A stretch of 64,000 bases of DNA from contig JAGOQI010000002.1 of assembly GCA_017991515.1 (NCBI GenBank), forward strand, positions 15,088-79,087, given 5' to 3'. Under the pieces are notes generated by a model that saw only the letters and a program-made list of their open reading frames with translations, did no database searches and was not told where the DNA came from. Shown here piece by piece: positions 59,051 to 64,000 of this stretch. The stretch comes from Minisyncoccota bacterium. GTDB lineage: Bacteria; Patescibacteriota; Minisyncoccia; Phycocordibacterales; UBA9973. Position 1 is the stretch's first letter, and each line of letters begins with the position of its first letter. Made by a program: the position numbers and the translations under genes.

Positions 59051-61762
59051 ATGAATCCTCCACTAAACCAATTCACAACCAAAGCCAAAGAGGTTATCAA
59101 GCGAGCACATGAACTAGCTATAGAGCGAGGTCAAAACAATGTAAGCACAATACATCTTTTGGCGGCTTTGTTAGTTCAAGAAGAATCAAATGTTATAACA
59201 CTCTTAGATAGAATGGATATCGATAGTATTCATTTGACTGATTCTGTGCTCGAAGCGATAGAAGGTGTCGAAAATCAAAGTACTGTTGCTCCGTCATATC
59301 AAATGTTTTTAACTGCTGATTTGGCTCAGACTATAGAACAGTCTTTGAAAGTAGCAACAGAAATAAAAGATACATTTGTTTCAACAGAACATCTTTTTGT
59401 GGCGCTTTTAGATACTAGTAACGACACTTCAGAAATTTTAGCAAAATTTAAAATAAATAGAGCTTCATTACTTGAGGCTATTTCAGAATTTCGAAATAAT
59501 AAAAATCCTGACACATCTAATAGTAAAAAGTTTCGTTTAATTACAAAATTTACTCGCAATCTAACAAAGCTTGCTCGTGAAGATAAACTTGACCCAGTAA
59601 TAGGTAGAGATGTTGAGATTATGCGTATCATGCAGATACTTTCTCGTCGAACAAAAAATAATCCAGTACTTCTCGGCGAACCAGGAACAGGCAAAACTGC
59701 TGTCGTTGAAGGCTTGGCTATACGCATAGTAAAAGGTGATGTTTCTGAAAGTTTGAAAGATAAGGAATTGGTTTCGCTTGATATTGGGAGCTTGTTAGCT
59801 GGTACAAAATATAGAGGAGAATTTGAGGAGAGATTAAAAGGGATACTTAAAGAGGTAGAAAAAGCAGAAGGTAAAATAATTCTTTTTATAGATGAGATAC
59901 ACACTATAGTAGGAGCTGGAAGTGCAGAAGGTTCTATGGATATGTCCAATATGCTAAAACCTGCTCTTTCAAGAGGAGAAATAAAGGCTATTGGTGCGAC
60001 AACGCTGAAAGAATATCAAAAGTATATAGAAAAAGATCCAGCTTTAGCTCGAAGATTTCAACCTGTTTCTATTGATGAACCTTCTGTACAAGATACAGTT
60101 GCGATACTTCGAGGGTTGAAAGAAAAATATGAAATCTATCACAGTGTACATATTACAGATGACGCTATACTTGCAGCTGTAGAACTTTCTGCGCGTTATA
60201 TTACAAACAGACAACTTCCTGATAAAGCAGTAGATCTTCTTGATGAAGCTTGTTCAGCACTTCGTATGGAACTTGAAAATAAGCCTGCCACTTTAGATGA
60301 AGCACATCGCAAAATAATGCGACTTGAAATAGAACTTGAAGCTATCAAGAAAGACATTGATAAAGACTTTGAAAAAAAGCATGGCCTTAAAACTGCTAAA
60401 ACTAGAATAAAAGATATTGAAGAAGAAATAGCGAATATTCAAGAGAAGACTAAGGAACTTGAAATGAAATGGAAAAATGAAAAAGAACTTCTTCAAGAGA
60501 TTGCAAAAATTCGTAAAGATCAAGAAACACTTCGTCTTGAAGCCGAAGGTGCAGAGCAAAGAGCGGACCTCGGTAGGGCGGCAGAAATTCGTTATGGCCA
60601 TTTACCATTACTCCAAAAAGATTTGACTAGTAAAATGCTTAAACTTAAAAAACTTCAAAAAACTCGTCGGGTTTTGAAAGAAGAAATTACTGAAGAAGAT
60701 ATTGCCTCAGTGGTTGCTCGTTGGACAGGAGTACCAGTAAATAAAATGCTTGAAGAGGAGAGAGAGAAGCTTTCAAATATGGAGGCAGAACTCAACAAGA
60801 GAGTAGTAGGACAAGATTCAGCCATAGAGAGAGTGGCACATGTTTTGCGTCGAGCTCGTGCAGGTATTAGTGATCCAAATCGTCCAATAGGTTCATTTAT
60901 TTTCTTAGGTCCTACAGGTGTGGGTAAAACAGAGCTAACAAAAACTTTAGCGAAATTTATGTTCAATGATGATAAAGCTCTTATTCGTGTGGATATGAGT
61001 GAATATATGGAGAGACATGCAACTTCTAAACTTATAGGTTCACCACCAGGATATGTTGGGCATGATGAAGCAGGACAATTGACTGAAGCAGTGAGACACC
61101 GTCCATACAGTGTTGTACTTTTTGATGAAATAGAAAAAGCTCATCCAGAAGTATTTAATATACTCCTCCAAGTTTTAGATGACGGTGTTTTGACAGATGG
61201 AAAGGGTAGAAAGGTTAACTTCAAAAATACTATTATCATCATGACAAGTAATATTGGAAGTCAGTTTATCCAAAAAATGGAATCAATAGGTTTTCACAAC
61301 AATACAGAAACAGTTCAATATTCTCAAATGAAAGAAAAAGTAGAAGGAGCACTAAAAGACCATTTTAAACCAGAATTTCTCAACCGTATTGACGAAGTCG
61401 TAGTATTTGATATTCTGTCTGAGCCTTCTATAGCCGAGATAGTAAATATTAGAACAAAAAATATTTTGGCTAGACTACAAGAAAAAGGAATAACTGTTGC
61501 TTTAGAAGAGTCAGTGCTTTCATATCTTGCGAAGGTCGGCTATAATCCTCAGTATGGGGCTCGACCCCTAAATCGTTTGATTCAAACAAAAGTTTTGAAT
61601 CCGATTGCTGAGAGGATCATCAGTCAGAAAATTACTACTGGTGACTTTGTTACTGTTTCTCTTATTAATGATGAAATTGTCATTAATTTAAAAAATAAAA
61701 ATAAGAAACAGATTAGTTCTTTAAAGGGCCGAGCGACTCGCGGAGTAAAATCTTCGCAGTAA
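59051..61762 (+). CDS. clpB: ATP-dependent chaperone ClpB
   Basis: Clp N domain; two AAA+ modules (GEPGTGKTA and [11 protein letters not shown]); long middle coiled-coil typical of ClpB. Confidence 0.9.
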   Translation: MNPPLNQFTTKAKEVIKRAHELAIERGQNNVSTIHLLAALLVQEESNVITLLDRMDIDSIHLTDSVLEAIEGVENQSTVAPSYQMFLTADLAQTIEQSLKVATEIKDTFVSTEHLFVALLDTSNDTSEILAKFKINRASLLEAISEFRNNKNPDTSNSKKFRLITKFTRNLTKLAREDKLDPVIGRDVEIMRIMQILSRRTKNNPVLLGEPGTGKTAVVEGLAIRIVKGDVSESLKDKELVSLDIGSLLAGTKYRGEFEERLKGILKEVEKAEGKIILFIDEIHTIVGAGSAEGSMDMSNMLKPALSRGEIKAIGATTLKEYQKYIEKDPALARRFQPVSIDEPSVQDTVAILRGLKEKYEIYHSVHITDDAILAAVELSARYITNRQLPDKAVDLLDEACSALRMELENKPATLDEAHRKIMRLEIELEAIKKDIDKDFEKKHGLKTAKTRIKDIEEEIANIQEKTKELEMKWKNEKELLQEIAKIRKDQETLRLEAEGAEQRADLGRAAEIRYGHLPLLQKDLTSKMLKLKKLQKTRRVLKEEITEEDIASVVARWTGVPVNKMLEEEREKLSNMEAELNKRVVGQDSAIERVAHVLRRARAGISDPNRPIGSFIFLGPTGVGKTELTKTLAKFMFNDDKALIRVDMSEYMERHATSKLIGSPPGYVGHDEAGQLTEAVRHRPYSVVLFDEIEKAHPEVFNILLQVLDDGVLTDGKGRKVNFKNTIIIMTSNIGSQFIQKMESIGFHNNTETVQYSQMKEKVEGALKDHFKPEFLNRIDEVVVFDILSEPSIAEIVNIRTKNILARLQEKGITVALEESVLSYLAKVGYNPQYGARPLNRLIQTKVLNPIAERIISQKITTGDFVTVSLINDEIVINLKNKNKKQISSLKGRATRGVKSSQ

Positions 61763-61800
61763 TAGGCCAAAAAAATGCAGCGCTGCGTTTGCAGCGGCAA

Positions 61801-61883
61801 GCGTCGGTGGTAGAGTGGTCAATTACATCAGACTGTAAATCTGACGCCTTCGGGCTACGCAGGTTCAAATCCTGCCCGGCGCA
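61801..61883 (+). tRNA. tRNA-Tyr (anticodon GTA) with a long variable arm
   Basis: GCGTCGG acceptor, anticodon arm TCAGA-CTGTAAA-TCTGA, variable arm CGCCTTCGGGCTAC, T arm GCAGGTTCAAATCCTGC. Confidence 0.85.
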
Positions 61884-61929
61884 CAAAAACAAAAACACTT
61901 CACTTCATTGTGAGGTGTTTTTGTTTTAT

Positions 61930-62115
61930 GTCTCGCCGAGGAGCAAACCAACTGCTTGGTTTGCGTCAGGATTTGAACGACGGAGCTATGTTTCTTTATC
62001 AAAAGAAACAAGCGAGTCGGTGCCCAGACAAAACTGTTGCAACAGTTTTAGTCGAGGGAAAATCCTGCCAAATAAAATACTTAGTAATTCGTGACCAAAT
62101 CCTGCATGTGAGCAA
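61930..62115 (+). repeat. structured non-coding element, copy 2 (paralog of 54896-55090), 3' of tRNA-Tyr
   Basis: Hairpin GCAAACCA-ACTGCT-TGGTTTGC (two compensatory pairs relative to copy 1), then GCGTCAGGATTTGAA, GGAAAATCCTG and ACTTAGTAATTCGTGACCAAATCCTG. Confidence 0.6.
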
Positions 62116-62179
62116 CTGATAACCTTTTGGTTGAAGTAAAATCCTTCTTATAAAAAATCTAAATGCTATACTTACTACA

Positions 62180-63127
62180 ATGAAACGCGTTGGTATTCTC
62201 CGAGGAGGTATTAGTCCACAATATGATATTTCACTTAAGACAGGTGGAAATGTGCAAAAGGCTTTGGCTGATGCAGGTTTTGAAGCTATTGATATGCTTT
62301 TAGATAAAGAAGGTGTATTACATATCAAAGGCGTGCCTGCTGACATGGAAAAGGCTCAATCCTCAGTAGACTATATCTGGAACGCCCTACACGGAGAGTT
62401 TGGAGAGGATGGTAAGGTTCAAGGATTGCTAGATCAATACGGTATAGATTATAGTGGTTCAGGTGTTTTGGCTTCAGCTCAAGCATTTAATAAAAAAATT
62501 ACTAAAGAACATGCAACTAATCTAGGGATCAAAACACCAACTTCAATGTTGATAATGCCAGAGGAAGAACAATCAGTCTCAGAGACTGCAGCTCGTATTT
62601 ATAGAACTATGGCGCCTCCCTGGGTGATAAAACCTTTAACAGGCGGATCTTCAGTGAATACTTTTTTTGCTTTTACTCCACTTGAGCTTGCAAATATTAT
62701 TGAAGAGATAATATTCCAGAACCAGTCATTTTTAGTAGAACAGTATATAGAAGGTACTGAGGTTGCAGTTGGTGTTATAGATAACTTTAGGAATAAAGAA
62801 GATTATATTTTACCAGTTGTAGATATTAAATCTCCAACTAGAGGAATATTGAGTTTTAGTGATAGGCAAGGAGAGCATACTAACGATAAAACAAAACTTA
62901 GACCAGACGAGAGAGAGCAATTAGGGCAGTTGGCTTTAAAGCTCCATAAAAGCCTCGGAGCAAAAGATTATTCTCAAAGTGAATTTGTGGTAGATAGATT
63001 TGGAAAAATTTGGTTTTTAGAAACTGATACACATCCAGCTCTTCATGAGCATGCACCTTTTTATAAAGCCCTTGAAGCAGTAGGAGCGACACTGACAGAA
63101 TTTGTGAAAAGCGTATTAAATAAATAA
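62180..63127 (+). CDS. ddl: D-alanine--D-alanine ligase
   Basis: MKRVGILRGGISPQYDISLKTG N-terminus and an ATP-grasp C-terminal half. Confidence 0.7.
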   Translation: MKRVGILRGGISPQYDISLKTGGNVQKALADAGFEAIDMLLDKEGVLHIKGVPADMEKAQSSVDYIWNALHGEFGEDGKVQGLLDQYGIDYSGSGVLASAQAFNKKITKEHATNLGIKTPTSMLIMPEEEQSVSETAARIYRTMAPPWVIKPLTGGSSVNTFFAFTPLELANIIEEIIFQNQSFLVEQYIEGTEVAVGVIDNFRNKEDYILPVVDIKSPTRGILSFSDRQGEHTNDKTKLRPDEREQLGQLALKLHKSLGAKDYSQSEFVVDRFGKIWFLETDTHPALHEHAPFYKALEAVGATLTEFVKSVLNK

Positions 63128-63146
63128 ATGTTATAATAAAAATCTT

Positions 63147-63536
63147 ATGAATCACTTTGGTGAACATGTTACACTTGATGGATACAATGGGGAATTTGAG
63201 CTTTTGAACGATAAAGATGTCGTACAAAATGCGTTGCAGGATTTACCAGAATATTTAGGTATGACTATATTAGGAGGTCCTGTAGTTTATTTTGCAGAGG
63301 GTAATGATATTAAAGACCCTGGTGGATGGAGCGGGTTTGTTGTTATTGAAGAAAGTCATATAAGTATACATACTTTTCCTGCCAGAGGTTTTGTATCGGC
63401 AGATGTTTATACTTGTCAAAATGGATTAGACCAAGAAAAGATAATAGGCTTCTTCCGTGATAAGTTTAAGATTAAAAGCGAAGAAGTAAACTTTATAAAA
63501 AGAGGGACTCGTTATCCTTCTGAAAACTTACAATAA
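63147..63536 (+). CDS. speH: S-adenosylmethionine decarboxylase proenzyme (small class 1 type)
   Basis: ESHISIHTFP processing and active-site motif; about 129 aa. Confidence 0.75.
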   Translation: MNHFGEHVTLDGYNGEFELLNDKDVVQNALQDLPEYLGMTILGGPVVYFAEGNDIKDPGGWSGFVVIEESHISIHTFPARGFVSADVYTCQNGLDQEKIIGFFRDKFKIKSEEVNFIKRGTRYPSENLQ

Positions 63537-63540
63537 ACAT

Positions 63541-63666
63541 ATGAGCAATAAAGTTAAAAATAATAAATATTTTTTTGCAATATTGGTTATAGTAGTACTT
63601 TTTTCAGTTTATCTTTTTTATGAAAGAGTTTTTATAAGAGAAGATTTTATAATTCAAGAAGAGTAA
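63541..63666 (+). CDS. small membrane peptide (41 aa)
   Basis: MSNKVKNNKYFFAILVIVVLFSVYLFYERVF...; ORF only. Confidence 0.25.
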   Translation: MSNKVKNNKYFFAILVIVVLFSVYLFYERVFIREDFIIQEE

Positions 63667-63670
63667 AAAT

Positions 63671-64000
63671 ATGAAACAAGATCAAATGCCATTATTAAAT
63701 TTTATAATCAAAAGTTACCACCACTTTAATGCTTCTGCTACAAAGCAAGCAACGATAGATTATTTTAATCACATAGACAAAGGAGGAAAGATGTATTGGG
63801 CTGTTGCGGGGGCTATGTCTAGTGCAAGACTCGGTATCTATATGGCTCCAGCTATTAGAGCAGGTTTGATACATGGACTTTCTGTTACTGGTGCAAACTT
63901 AGAAGAATCACTTTTTAGACTTATTGCCCATACTCATTATCAAAATTTTCCAGACTATCGGTATTTTAGAAAGGAAGACGATGAAAAGATACTAAACGAC
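63671..64000 (+). CDS. deoxyhypusine synthase-like / homospermidine synthase-like protein, N-terminal fragment (runs off the window)
   Basis: WAVAGAMSSARLGIYMAPAIRAGLIHGLSVTGANLEESLFRLIA aligns with the DHS core (...SNMISSGVRE...VTTAGGVEEDLIKCLA). Confidence 0.6.
   Translation, partial: MKQDQMPLLNFIIKSYHHFNASATKQATIDYFNHIDKGGKMYWAVAGAMSSARLGIYMAPAIRAGLIHGLSVTGANLEESLFRLIAHTHYQNFPDYRYFRKEDDEKILND

Noticed and set aside
61789-62346. Track ORFs 61789-62094, 61910-62119 and 61999-62346
   Set aside because: They overlap tRNA-Tyr and the paralogous structured element, or are antisense to ddl; spurious.

Overview
This 64 kb window is AT-rich (roughly one-third GC) and densely coded. It looks like a chromosomal segment of a reduced-genome bacterium, most plausibly a Candidate Phyla Radiation / Patescibacteria-type organism. 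Three things point that way: a divergent 16S rRNA, many shortened housekeeping proteins, and almost no Shine-Dalgarno motifs. This lineage call is an inference, not a demonstration.

Content from left to right:
- Housekeeping genes: gyrB 3' end, thrS, rpmF, a NusB-Nudix fusion, rnc, a short SMC-like ATPase, murF.
- A lone 16S rRNA gene with its promoter, not followed by a 23S gene; then a DUF192 protein and a class I ribonucleotide reductase in which the ATP-cone sits on NrdB and NrdA lacks one.
- A compact RNase P RNA, small basic and membrane proteins, secA, dnaE, rnhB, rsmE.
- A 1,362-aa surface protein ending in a peptidoglycan-binding domain, a CAP-domain protein, cspA, tRNA-Asn.
- pyk, hpf, fmt, def, hisS, lepB, pth, a short S1 protein, gyrA.
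- An operon of a methyltransferase, an orphan solute-binding protein and five tandem paralogs of a secreted two-transmembrane pilin-like (TrbC/VirB2-like) module.
- A four-gene tRNA cluster, rbfA, a truncated infB, a cysteine desulfurase, clpB, tRNA-Tyr, ddl, speH and a partial deoxyhypusine-synthase-like gene.

No CRISPR array, insertion sequence, prophage or restriction-modification genes were seen.

Unusual signals worth follow-up:
1. The tandem pilin-like gene array at 49.8-52.4 kb.
2. A family of GC-rich 20-bp perfect or near-perfect palindromes (core CTGCGCAG). Four copies sit in-frame inside housekeeping genes (smc twice, fmt, rpsA) and related copies lie in intergenic hairpins.
3. Two paralogous structured elements immediately downstream of tRNA-Lys and tRNA-Tyr that share a hairpin with compensatory base changes.
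4. A 16S 3' tail that lacks the canonical CCUCC anti-Shine-Dalgarno sequence.
5. The NusB-Nudix fusion.
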